A stretch of 64,000 nucleotides of DNA from Prevotellaceae bacterium (GTDB lineage: Bacteria > Bacteroidota > Bacteroidia > Bacteroidales > Muribaculaceae), in NCBI GenBank assembly GCA_021772015.1, contig JAETNS010000006.1, positions 82,098 to 146,097 of the forward strand, in the 5' to 3' direction. Under the pieces are notes generated by a model. The model had not been told where the DNA came from. It ran no database searches and saw nothing but the letters and a program-made list of their open reading frames with translations. Numbering within the stretch: the first letter of the stretch is position 1; each line of letters begins with the position of its first letter. Below, in pieces: positions 19,446 through 28,263 of this stretch. A program made the position numbers and the translations under genes.

Positions 19446-19667
19446 ATGTCATGACACCTTTTTACGGTTATAATCTAATTAGCGCAATTGTATAATTAAC
19501 AAAGTTTAACAAATGGGGGGGGTAATTAGGGGGATAATCTTTAAATTTGCACAACTAACAAAAGTCTTCCATACAAAAGGATGGAGACCTGACCGAATGA
19601 AGGCATTACCCCATTGAAATTCACCACAATGACTATCATATTATCTACAATCTAAACCATTCTATAC

Positions 19668-21773
19668 ATGAGAAAATCACTACTAAAAACTTTATTGGCG
19701 GCCGCAGGACTTTTCCTGTGGGCATTCCCGTCATCAGCCCGGGAGAAAGTCATCGGCGACGACGGCACAATCCAAGGTTATTTCCGAGTACAGAGCCAGT
19801 TGGGTGTCAACGACAACAACGGTTATGTCGAAGTAAGAGGCCCTTTGACCACAGCCCCTGACCAGCCTCTCGAAGCTGCCCGCACGGAAGCAGGAACCGT
19901 AATGCGCCTGCGCGCTTTCCCTGACACCGATCCGGAGACAGGCAAGCTCCGTTACAAGATCGGCAACCTTTCTTCTCAGGGCATCGAGGTGTTCGGCGCG
20001 CCAAAGGCTGACTATTGGACAGCGCTCATCGACGAGATAGCCGCAGGAATAAACACTGACGACATGGAGTACACCATGTACCGGATGCAGAGAAACATCC
20101 GCGAGGTGGGCTATATCTCCTCTGCCCGGGTGTTCATACAAAGTCTATTCCAGATTGTCGCCGGCCGTCTCGATAAAGACGCGCCGGCAGTCAAGGCCGA
20201 GGCTCAAAAGAACGGGATAACGACCTATGATCCCATGACGGATGCCTCGCTGGAGGATTTCGCCATCAGATTCAACAAGGAGGTGTCGGCTGAAATAGAC
20301 TTGCACGCTTACCTCGAACCTGTCAATGGCAACGGCGAGGACGGAAAATTCCGCCTGTACTTCCATTGGATCAACTGCTCCAAAGTAAGCGAGTTCTACC
20401 ACAAGAACGCCGCCAATGAGGCGGCGTTCAATCTCGGCTTCGAGTGCATGCGCCGTTACATGAAAGGCAATGCGACGATCGGGGCGACCGGGGAAGGCAT
20501 CGAGCCATACGAAGCCCAGTTGTTCGCCGACTGGGGCTACACCTCGTTCGCCGAGAAATATGCCGACAAAATGATTCCGAGCGGCATCTACGCCTTGTCA
20601 TACGAGGATATCTTCTCTGACCATGAGTTGCTTTACAACTGGCTTAAGATGTATGTTATACGATTCTGTGACCCGGAGACAGACGACATTATCATCAGCA
20701 GCCTCAACCTCCACGACCTGGCATTGGAGATGCAGAAACATGAGCTGACAAGCAATTTCGTCGAATACATGCCCTCGATGCAGGAGAACCAGAAGCTCTA
20801 TCTGACCAGCGGCCGTTACCTCAACGGCAACACTCTCAGCACCGTAGGGACAGCTTCTGACGGGGAGCAACGTTTCGGACTGCTTGACTCGTCTCTGGTT
20901 AATTCCGCAGCTGACGCGGCCGTATGGAATGTGATCCCGATGGATGTGACCGACAACTATTTTGCCATCGTTCCCGCAGGCAGCCGCGTCAACAGCCCCG
21001 GCCATGATGACACCCACTATCTGGCTATGTACGTGGATTTCCCCATGGAGGCACTTCATGGCGACATCCTGACCTTCCAGACATTCAATGACGGAGAGCA
21101 GATCCACAGCGTCACGCTTGACAATCTCGGTACAGTTGAGTATTTCAATGCCCCCATCCAGGCAATCACGTCAGTTCCCCGTGCCACCATAGTGATGGCG
21201 AAGAGTCCGAGTGACAATGAGACCGACAACATCGTCAGAATTCCATACCTCGCCCAATCAAATGACTATGATCCATCGGTAGAGCCCCCCAAGCCCGGAG
21301 GATTCCCCGTGGGAGATGACGAGGTCGGTGTGCAGCACGCCCCGCGCCGCGCCTCGGAAGGTGATGCCAAGACCGCCCAGTCATACGGTGTTTTCTTCGC
21401 CACACCTGTCAGTGAGAAATCACTGAACGGACTCTGGGACATAAACGCCGACCTCACCAACAATTCGGTCTTCGACCTAAAGACCCACGATACCTGGAGC
21501 CCGGTCAGCAACCAGCCGATGAAACAACCTTGGTTCTCGCCGGAGACAGAGACAATCCCGGCCAATCATGCCTTCATGATCACTGACAAAGCCACCAATG
21601 AGCTTGCCCTTGACGAACCTGCAGACGAGGATATAATTCCGTCAGGGATCGAGAATGTGATGGCAGAGCGGATGCAAGAGAATGTTCTATATGACCTCAA
21701 GGGCCGACGCGCCACCGAAGCCCTTCCCGGACATGTCTACATCCTCAACGGGAAGAAAATCATCGTCAAATAA
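19668..21773 (+). CDS. Secreted hypothetical protein with a T9SS-type C-terminal tail
   Basis: Signal peptide. The C-terminus 'SGIENV...VLYDLKGRR...GHVYILNGKKIIVK' resembles Bacteroidales C-terminal sorting tails. Confidence 0.8.
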   Translation: MRKSLLKTLLAAAGLFLWAFPSSAREKVIGDDGTIQGYFRVQSQLGVNDNNGYVEVRGPLTTAPDQPLEAARTEAGTVMRLRAFPDTDPETGKLRYKIGNLSSQGIEVFGAPKADYWTALIDEIAAGINTDDMEYTMYRMQRNIREVGYISSARVFIQSLFQIVAGRLDKDAPAVKAEAQKNGITTYDPMTDASLEDFAIRFNKEVSAEIDLHAYLEPVNGNGEDGKFRLYFHWINCSKVSEFYHKNAANEAAFNLGFECMRRYMKGNATIGATGEGIEPYEAQLFADWGYTSFAEKYADKMIPSGIYALSYEDIFSDHELLYNWLKMYVIRFCDPETDDIIISSLNLHDLALEMQKHELTSNFVEYMPSMQENQKLYLTSGRYLNGNTLSTVGTASDGEQRFGLLDSSLVNSAADAAVWNVIPMDVTDNYFAIVPAGSRVNSPGHDDTHYLAMYVDFPMEALHGDILTFQTFNDGEQIHSVTLDNLGTVEYFNAPIQAITSVPRATIVMAKSPSDNETDNIVRIPYLAQSNDYDPSVEPPKPGGFPVGDDEVGVQHAPRRASEGDAKTAQSYGVFFATPVSEKSLNGLWDINADLTNNSVFDLKTHDTWSPVSNQPMKQPWFSPETETIPANHAFMITDKATNELALDEPADEDIIPSGIENVMAERMQENVLYDLKGRRATEALPGHVYILNGKKIIVK

Positions 21774-21786
21774 GCCCCTCAGACTG

Positions 21787-22959
21787 ATGCGACATCTCCT
21801 GCTGACAGCTTTGGCAATGCTATGCCTTACAGGCCTACATCCGGCCAAGGCTGTCGAGCCGGAGATGCCACGCGACACAGTGATGGCCTCCATCCTGGTG
21901 GCCTCCCCCGGGCCGGCGATCTACCAGGCAACAGGCCACGCCGCCATAAGGCTGCAATGCCCGGCATATGGACTCGACAATGTCTTCTCCTATGAGACAA
22001 GCACAGGAGATCTTGCCGGACAACTTTACGGACAGGCAAAGGGGAGGTTCGCCTCTTTGACGATGGCCGAATATTCCAAAGGATTCACCGATGTCGGACG
22101 AGGTATCACAGGACTACCGCTCAACCTCACTGACCCTCAGATCAGGCGTTTATGGCAGATACTCGACGAGACAGTGGAGTCCGGGGAGGAAACCGACTTC
22201 AATATCCGACACAACAGCTGCAATTCGGCGGTCATGTCAAAGATCGCGGAAGCCATATTTCCCGACCGCATAGTCGTCGAATCGGAGGATTGCCTTATCG
22301 ACAACGGCGAGATAATCAGGAAATACCTGCAAGAACCATATCCCTGGGCCTGCCTGGTGTTAACAACAGGATTGGGAGCGGCATCCGACGAGACAGACTC
22401 ATGGATGACCCGAGCGACACCAATAACGATGGAGAACCATTTCCGCAAATCAAGGATCATGGCACCTGGCGGGAAGTCCAGACCGATGTTGGCCGCAGAA
22501 CCTATAGTCATCTATCCTGTCCGCGAAGAATTCCGGCAACGCCGGCTCACTCCCGATCTGCTCGCAAGCCTCATTCTTCTTGGAGTAATAATCCTTGACG
22601 GCATGGATCTTGCCGGACGACGGGGCAAGATCTTGCGGATCATAGATATCCTGCTGCTTTCCGCGATGACATTAGCCTCTCTGATACTGATCGCCGTGGC
22701 CATGATACCCGCCAGCATCGGGGACGCATGGAACTGGCTGTTCATCCCTCTGAATCCGCTTCCGGCCGCGGTATGGCTGATGTCACGCAAAAGCCACCAC
22801 AGCCTGTGCCGGAGCTTCTTCCTCGGTTACAGCATCGCCTGCCTGTTATTTGTGGCCGCGCCGCTGTTCACCTCCCAGGCCGCTCTGTGGAGCAGTCTTC
22901 TTTCACTGGCGATTGCCCTGCGTGTCCTTATCAGGTATCGCCACAAACCACAACAATAA
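21787..22959 (+). CDS. DUF4105 (Lnb N-terminal domain-like) membrane protein
   Basis: 'ASILVASPGPAIYQATGHAAIR' and 'NSCNS' (His and Cys), followed by four C-terminal TM helices. Confidence 0.7.
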   Translation: MRHLLLTALAMLCLTGLHPAKAVEPEMPRDTVMASILVASPGPAIYQATGHAAIRLQCPAYGLDNVFSYETSTGDLAGQLYGQAKGRFASLTMAEYSKGFTDVGRGITGLPLNLTDPQIRRLWQILDETVESGEETDFNIRHNSCNSAVMSKIAEAIFPDRIVVESEDCLIDNGEIIRKYLQEPYPWACLVLTTGLGAASDETDSWMTRATPITMENHFRKSRIMAPGGKSRPMLAAEPIVIYPVREEFRQRRLTPDLLASLILLGVIILDGMDLAGRRGKILRIIDILLLSAMTLASLILIAVAMIPASIGDAWNWLFIPLNPLPAAVWLMSRKSHHSLCRSFFLGYSIACLLFVAAPLFTSQAALWSSLLSLAIALRVLIRYRHKPQQ

Positions 22960-22979
22960 AAATCAACAACATAACGCAT

Positions 22980-24857
22980 ATGACCAATCTGATCAAAATC
23001 ATGACAGGGTTTCTGCTCCTGGCGTTGCCACTGTCAGCCCAAGCCTCGACTTTGTATTCCAAAGTCACCGTGTCGGCTCCGTCAGGAGAGGGGAAGGTGT
23101 ATGTCTCCAAGGAAAACACCACTCCCGCCGATTCAGACTACAAAGATGGATCAGCCGAGCTGACACAAAATTCGACCCACAATCAGAATGTCAAGCAAGC
23201 CTATCACACGTATTACCTTTATGCGAAGCCTAATGAAGAGAAACAGTTTTCTCATTGGGAAAAGGGAGGGATATCTGTATCAACATCAAATCCCTACGAG
23301 GCGAAGTTGCTTGTCAGTGGCACTTCCGCTTCTGAGCCGACATCATTTGAATATGTTGCCAAATTCATAGATGCCGCCCTTGTCAAGGCTGCCAGCACTC
23401 ATCCGATGGGGACAACGGTCACCATCACCCCCGTCAGCAACAAAACCGGAGACGAGATCACCGTCACAGCCTCAATAAACAGGATAGCCGACGGCTATCA
23501 GTGCCTCAACATGATGATCGAATTTGAAGGATGGCGCGACCAGAACGGAGTATTTGTCTCCACCGATCCGACATATACCTTCACTGCCACCGAATCCACC
23601 ACTCTAACGGCGGTCTTCAAGACCAAAGACTCAATCAAAACCGCAGGTTATTACCGGCTGCGCAACTTCGTCAACCGCGTCCTGAGTGTGGAGGGAGGCT
23701 TCAAATATACCGTGACCGGAAGCAACGACTATCTGACCGGATTGCTGCGGTATGCATATCCATATGGCAATATTGACTCGAATTTCCATAATACGAAATA
23801 TGAGAGCGACGACTATCCCGGTGTCGAAGTCGAAAGCCTTCCTTCGACCGTGATATACATCAAAGGAACCAACCTAAATCCCGAAGCATCTACGGGGGAG
23901 GATGTGCTTTCAGATGTAGTGGCCTACGGACAAGGCACAGACACCAAGAGCATGACCGGCAAAACCTTCTCCATACAACCGGCGGCGGGAAGCGCTCCGG
24001 GTTATCACATTCTCTATGGAGGTCTGACCGCCGGGATGAAAATGGGGCTATTCCAGGTTACCGGCGACATCAACGGCGACGGCATCAACAGCCAGAATTC
24101 GATAGTCCCGTATATCGGGAAAAGCACCAGTTCCGACACCTGGTCGTGGTGGGCGATCCAGCCGATCGACGAGGAGCATTTCGATGAATTCTGGTTCGGG
24201 GCGAAAGCCGACGAGGAGATGGCGTTTGACAACGGCTACTGGACATCGATGTATACAGCTTTCCCGTATGAATGCCGTGACGGCGTGGAGGCCTATTACG
24301 CCAAGGAGACAACCGAACAAAACGGCGTGCATTATGTGCAGCTGGTCAAAATTGAAGACGGCATCGTGCCACCCGCCACTCCCGTTATTCTCAAATGTCA
24401 GGGACTGTCATCTCGCGAGAACCGTCTTATGCCCCTCGACCCCGACGGAGAGTATCAGTCAATCGAAGGGAATCTTTTCAAAGGTGAATATCAGCTTTAC
24501 ACAGACAAGGACCTCAATGGACGGAAAGATTTTGATCCTGCAGCGATGCGCGTGTTCGGCGTGAACGCCAATGGCGAACTCGGCTTCTATAAAATGAGCG
24601 CCAACGATGACGGCTCACAGAGGGAACTGCTTCCCAACAAGATCTATCTCGACATGTCGCTTCTTAGCGAATCCGCTGCTTCAGCTCCGATCCGGGCATC
24701 TTTCGGTGACAAATCGGGTATAGAAACCGTCATAGATTCGAAAGATGACAATCAGCCATCCGACGGTAAAATGTACGACCTCAACGGTCGAAGCGTTTCC
24801 GATCCGACACCCGGCTCGATTTTCATCATGGACGGCAAGAAATACATCGCTCACTGA
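22980..24857 (+). CDS. Secreted hypothetical protein with InlB-B-like repeats and a T9SS-type C-terminal tail
   Basis: Signal peptide. Two 'F..W......VST...Y.F' B-repeat-like segments and the tail 'SGIETV...MYDLNGRSV...GSIFIMDGKKYIAH'. Confidence 0.8.
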   Translation: MTNLIKIMTGFLLLALPLSAQASTLYSKVTVSAPSGEGKVYVSKENTTPADSDYKDGSAELTQNSTHNQNVKQAYHTYYLYAKPNEEKQFSHWEKGGISVSTSNPYEAKLLVSGTSASEPTSFEYVAKFIDAALVKAASTHPMGTTVTITPVSNKTGDEITVTASINRIADGYQCLNMMIEFEGWRDQNGVFVSTDPTYTFTATESTTLTAVFKTKDSIKTAGYYRLRNFVNRVLSVEGGFKYTVTGSNDYLTGLLRYAYPYGNIDSNFHNTKYESDDYPGVEVESLPSTVIYIKGTNLNPEASTGEDVLSDVVAYGQGTDTKSMTGKTFSIQPAAGSAPGYHILYGGLTAGMKMGLFQVTGDINGDGINSQNSIVPYIGKSTSSDTWSWWAIQPIDEEHFDEFWFGAKADEEMAFDNGYWTSMYTAFPYECRDGVEAYYAKETTEQNGVHYVQLVKIEDGIVPPATPVILKCQGLSSRENRLMPLDPDGEYQSIEGNLFKGEYQLYTDKDLNGRKDFDPAAMRVFGVNANGELGFYKMSANDDGSQRELLPNKIYLDMSLLSESAASAPIRASFGDKSGIETVIDSKDDNQPSDGKMYDLNGRSVSDPTPGSIFIMDGKKYIAH

Positions 24858-24934
24858 CCTGCGACATCCGGTGGCCGCAGAAACAGTCGCCTAATACGTA
24901 ATGAAACAGTAAGATAGATTGACAATAAACAACC

Positions 24935-24975
24935 TGGCGGGTACGAGGCTGACTCACGACACCTCATACCCGCCA
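24935..24975. terminator. Terminator hairpin between convergent genes
   Basis: TGGCGGGTACGAGG / CCTCATACCCGCCA (one mismatch). Confidence 0.65.
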
Positions 24976-25002
24976 TGATATTTTATCTCCAAAAGTCAGA
25001 CT

Positions 25003-26190
25003 TTATTCCGGGGACTTCCGGGTGAAGAAACGGTTGATGATAACCGAAAGGGCACCGTCGCCGGTGACGTTGCAGGCTGTGCCGAAGGAGTCCATGGCGA
25101 TGTAGAGAGCTATCATCAGGGCGTTGTCAGCTTCGGTGAAACCGAGGATGGAGGTCAACAATCCGAGAGAAGCCATGACCGCGCCGCCCGGGACTCCCGG
25201 AGCCGCGACAATCGTTATGCCGAGCATCGCGACGAATCCCATGAACATCCCGAAATCATACGGCATGCCTTTCAACAACATCAATGCCATCGCGCAGGCT
25301 ACAAGTTTCAGGCAGCTGCCCGACATATGGATGGTGGCGCAAAGAGGCACTGTGAATCCGGCAACGTCGCGGTCGACACCCATCCTGATTGTCCGCTCGA
25401 GGGTGACGGGAATGGTTGCGGCTGAAGACTGTGTGCCAAGAGCGGTGAAATATGCCGGCATCATGGTCCAGAGCAGCTTGAAAGGGTTGCGCGAGATGGG
25501 CTTGCGGGCGAATAGAGACGCGACAGCATATTGGGCTACAAGCAGGAATACATGCAATCCGAAGATGACAAGTATTATCTTCATGAACGCCGAGAGCACA
25601 ACCCCGACCTCTCCGGCGGCGGTCATCCCGAGAAATATCCCGAAGATGTAGAGTGGAAGCAACGGTATGATCGCCCGACGGATTATCATGTCTACTATCC
25701 TGCGGAACTCTCCGAGGCCGTCGCGTATTATATTGGTTGACAGCCGGGAAGCCCCCAGTCCGAGTATAAACGCGGTGACAAGAGCCGTCATCACACTCAT
25801 CAATGGCGGTATGCTGACGGAAAAATACGGGACAACCTCGACAGCGTTGGCTTCTGCGGCGACAAACTCGTCGGGCCGGATCATGCCCGGAAAAAACATC
25901 TGGCCGGTTGCGTAGGAAAGCATACCCGCGCACAAGGTCGCGAAATAAGCCAACGCGGCTGTCGCGACAAGCATCTTGCCCGCTCTCGAGCCGATATCGG
26001 CGATCGCCGGAGATACGAATCCTATGATGATAAGTGGTATGCAGAATCCGAGAAACTCGCTGAATATCTGATTGAAGGTAGCAAAAACACGCGTGGCCCA
26101 CATCGGGAGGAAATACCCGCAGCCGATGCCGAGCGCGATCGCCAATATGATGCGCGGCAGTAATCCGAATTTTATTTTTCCGTTTTTCAT
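25003..26190 (-). CDS. Dicarboxylate/amino acid:cation symporter (DAACS family)
   Basis: 'TQSSAATIP', 'PLCATIHMSG', 'APGVPGG', 'DSFGTACNVTGD'. Confidence 0.92.
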   Translation of the reverse strand: MKNGKIKFGLLPRIILAIALGIGCGYFLPMWATRVFATFNQIFSEFLGFCIPLIIIGFVSPAIADIGSRAGKMLVATAALAYFATLCAGMLSYATGQMFFPGMIRPDEFVAAEANAVEVVPYFSVSIPPLMSVMTALVTAFILGLGASRLSTNIIRDGLGEFRRIVDMIIRRAIIPLLPLYIFGIFLGMTAAGEVGVVLSAFMKIILVIFGLHVFLLVAQYAVASLFARKPISRNPFKLLWTMMPAYFTALGTQSSAATIPVTLERTIRMGVDRDVAGFTVPLCATIHMSGSCLKLVACAMALMLLKGMPYDFGMFMGFVAMLGITIVAAPGVPGGAVMASLGLLTSILGFTEADNALMIALYIAMDSFGTACNVTGDGALSVIINRFFTRKSPE

Positions 26191-26299
26191 GGTCAACAAA
26201 CACGACAGGAAGCCGATGTTGGCTTCCTGTCGCAAAGATACATTTTTTCTTGCAGAATATACGAACCGGCATAGAGGCCGTTAAAAAATTAACAAGTTT

Positions 26300-26343
26300 T
26301 TAAGAGGGTGTTTAATAACATCTGTCATTAAACACCCTCTTAA
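26300..26343 (-). terminator. Terminator after hpf
   Basis: Perfect IR TTAAGAGGGTGTTTAAT / ATTAAACACCCTCTTAA. Confidence 0.75.
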
Positions 26344-26350
26344 CCGCGTC

Positions 26351-26641
26351 TTATTTCTTTTCTTTCGCTTTTTCAGCCATCTTGCCTATGGCTTCAAGGC
26401 AGAGGTCAATCGCCTCCTCGAATGTGTCGGCCACTTTTGTAGCCACGAATTCACTCTTTGGCACCAGGACGCTGATGACAGCTTCCTTGTTCATGGCCGA
26501 TTCCGGCTTGACGACGGTAAGCTTGACATCGACGGTTGTCATGTCGGGATAATGACGCTGGAGGCGTTCGATTTTCTTGTTGACGAAAGCGACAAGCTTT
26601 TCAGAAGCGTCGAAGTTGATTGCTTGAATGTTGACATCCAT
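26351..26641 (-). CDS. hpf: Ribosome hibernation factor HPF/RaiA
   Basis: 'MDVNIQAINFDASEKL...DTFEEAIDLC' matches the RaiA fold and sits downstream of xerC. Confidence 0.88.
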   Translation of the reverse strand: MDVNIQAINFDASEKLVAFVNKKIERLQRHYPDMTTVDVKLTVVKPESAMNKEAVISVLVPKSEFVATKVADTFEEAIDLCLEAIGKMAEKAKEKK

Positions 26642-26657
26642 GGTTTTGTCCTCCTTT

Positions 26658-27656
26658 TCAGATTTTAGTGCCGTTGCCGGCGCGGGAGGAGAGGCAGCCC
26701 GGAGCCGAGGCTCCGGATGATCCCGCGCGGGGATGGGCGAGTTGGTAATTCTGTTTAAGTTCTCGGTAGGTTATATGGGTGTAAACCTGTGTGGTAGCGA
26801 GTGATTCATGTCCCAGAAGCTGCTGGACGGCCACGAGATCCGCGCCGTTGTTGAGCATGTCGGAAGCGAAAGAATGGCGCAACACGTGAGGGCTAAGCCT
26901 CCCGGCATGGACTCTACCTTGCATGGCTTTCTTCACGACCCGCTCGACCAGCATAGGATAGAGCGGCGATCCGTCAGCTCTGACGAAGAAAGTGGTTGTC
27001 GGGCCACCGACCGTAAGGTCACGTCTGCGGCGATAATTCTCGACGGCTTCGCGCAATTCGCTCCCGAAAGGGATTATTCTTTCCTTATTACGCTTGCCAA
27101 GCACTTTTAGTTCGCCCCGGAAAGTGTCAACATCCGCATCCTTCAGACCGATCAGCTCAGCGCGACGCATCCCTGTGGAATATAACATGAGGAAAATCAG
27201 GGAGTCGCGCTCATGGGAGAAACTGTCGACCGCCGGGTCGGGATTCTTGTCCTGCTCTATTATACTGTTGATCTCCGCCGGGCGTATATTGACCGGCAAC
27301 GGTCGGGGGATCTTCGCCATCTCCACATCGTGTGCCGGATTCCGGACAACGAGTCCCCGGCGCAGCAGGTAAGCATAGAACGAGCTCACCGCGGTCAGTT
27401 TACGACGCAACGACCGCGACGACATCCCGCTCTCGGCGAGGGTCATCATCCATTGGCGTATGTCGGATGTGGAGACTGTCAGAGGGTCGAAGCCGTCCTC
27501 TTCATTGACGCGGCCCGCGCCGGGCGGAAGCTTGGGTTGCGGCTTGACGGTAAGGAATTCACGAAGCTGGCGCAAATCGACTGAATACGACAAAACGGTA
27601 TGAGCCGAGAGTCCCAGCTCACACCGAATATATGTCAAAAATGATTGTATCAGCAT
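26658..27656 (-). CDS. xerC: Chromosomal tyrosine recombinase XerC-like
   Basis: 'LYSTGMRRAEL', 'VLGKRNKER', 'SPHVLRHSFA', 'LLGHESLATTQVYTH'. It lies in the rpsU-xerC-hpf arrangement typical of Bacteroidetes. Confidence 0.88.
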   Translation of the reverse strand: MLIQSFLTYIRCELGLSAHTVLSYSVDLRQLREFLTVKPQPKLPPGAGRVNEEDGFDPLTVSTSDIRQWMMTLAESGMSSRSLRRKLTAVSSFYAYLLRRGLVVRNPAHDVEMAKIPRPLPVNIRPAEINSIIEQDKNPDPAVDSFSHERDSLIFLMLYSTGMRRAELIGLKDADVDTFRGELKVLGKRNKERIIPFGSELREAVENYRRRRDLTVGGPTTTFFVRADGSPLYPMLVERVVKKAMQGRVHAGRLSPHVLRHSFASDMLNNGADLVAVQQLLGHESLATTQVYTHITYRELKQNYQLAHPRAGSSGASAPGCLSSRAGNGTKI

Positions 27657-27844
27657 CGGCAACTTCGCTTTACAGCATCCTCGTCGTTGGAGGAAGCTTC
27701 CAATCAAATCGCTCTGGCGACAGAGACGGTAGCGAAGTTATGACAAATTTTCGTGAAATCCAAATTTTCCTCAAGGAAAATCCGGCGGGATGTTACGAAA
27801 CATCAATCATTCCCCGAAAACAGCTGATGCCGAGGGGGTCGGAA

Positions 27845-28036
27845 TCACTCCTCAACAAGGCGCAGTTTCTGGACGTAAACCGCTTTCATCATCTTCTTGC
27901 GGTTGGTCACAGAGGGCTTTTCAAATGCCTGACGGCTGCGAAGTTCCTTCACGATGCCGGTCTTCTCATATTTGCGCTTGAATTTCTTGAGAGCTTTTTC
28001 GATGTTGTCGCCTTCTTTAACTTGTACGATAATCAT
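27845..28036 (-). CDS. rpsU: 30S ribosomal protein S21
   Basis: 'VKEGDNIEKALKKFKRK...FEKPS'. Confidence 0.95.
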   Translation of the reverse strand: MIIVQVKEGDNIEKALKKFKRKYEKTGIVKELRSRQAFEKPSVTNRKKMMKAVYVQKLRLVEE

Positions 28037-28263
28037 TTTTTGGGGTTCTTATTCTTATGTTTTGTTAATTCTTTTCCGGAGGCATACCGTCCGGGGATTG
28101 TCTGCCCCAACGGTTTGCGCCTTTGCGATTTGCGGGGCAAAATTACGGAGTTTTTTTTGATTGGCAAAATCTTTTGGCGCATTTCTTTCCATATTTTTTC
28201 GTAACTTTGCAGACGGCGGCTTGTGTTATCACAGGCAGCCACCTTTCCCCTACCCCCCTGACA

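Noticed and set aside
26658-27656. XerC-like gene as the recombinase of a mobile or integron element
   Set aside because: It sits in the housekeeping rpsU-xerC-hpf context with core GC, and I see no IntI-specific insertion. A role in trans at the 41674/43442 sites is not excluded but is unsupported.
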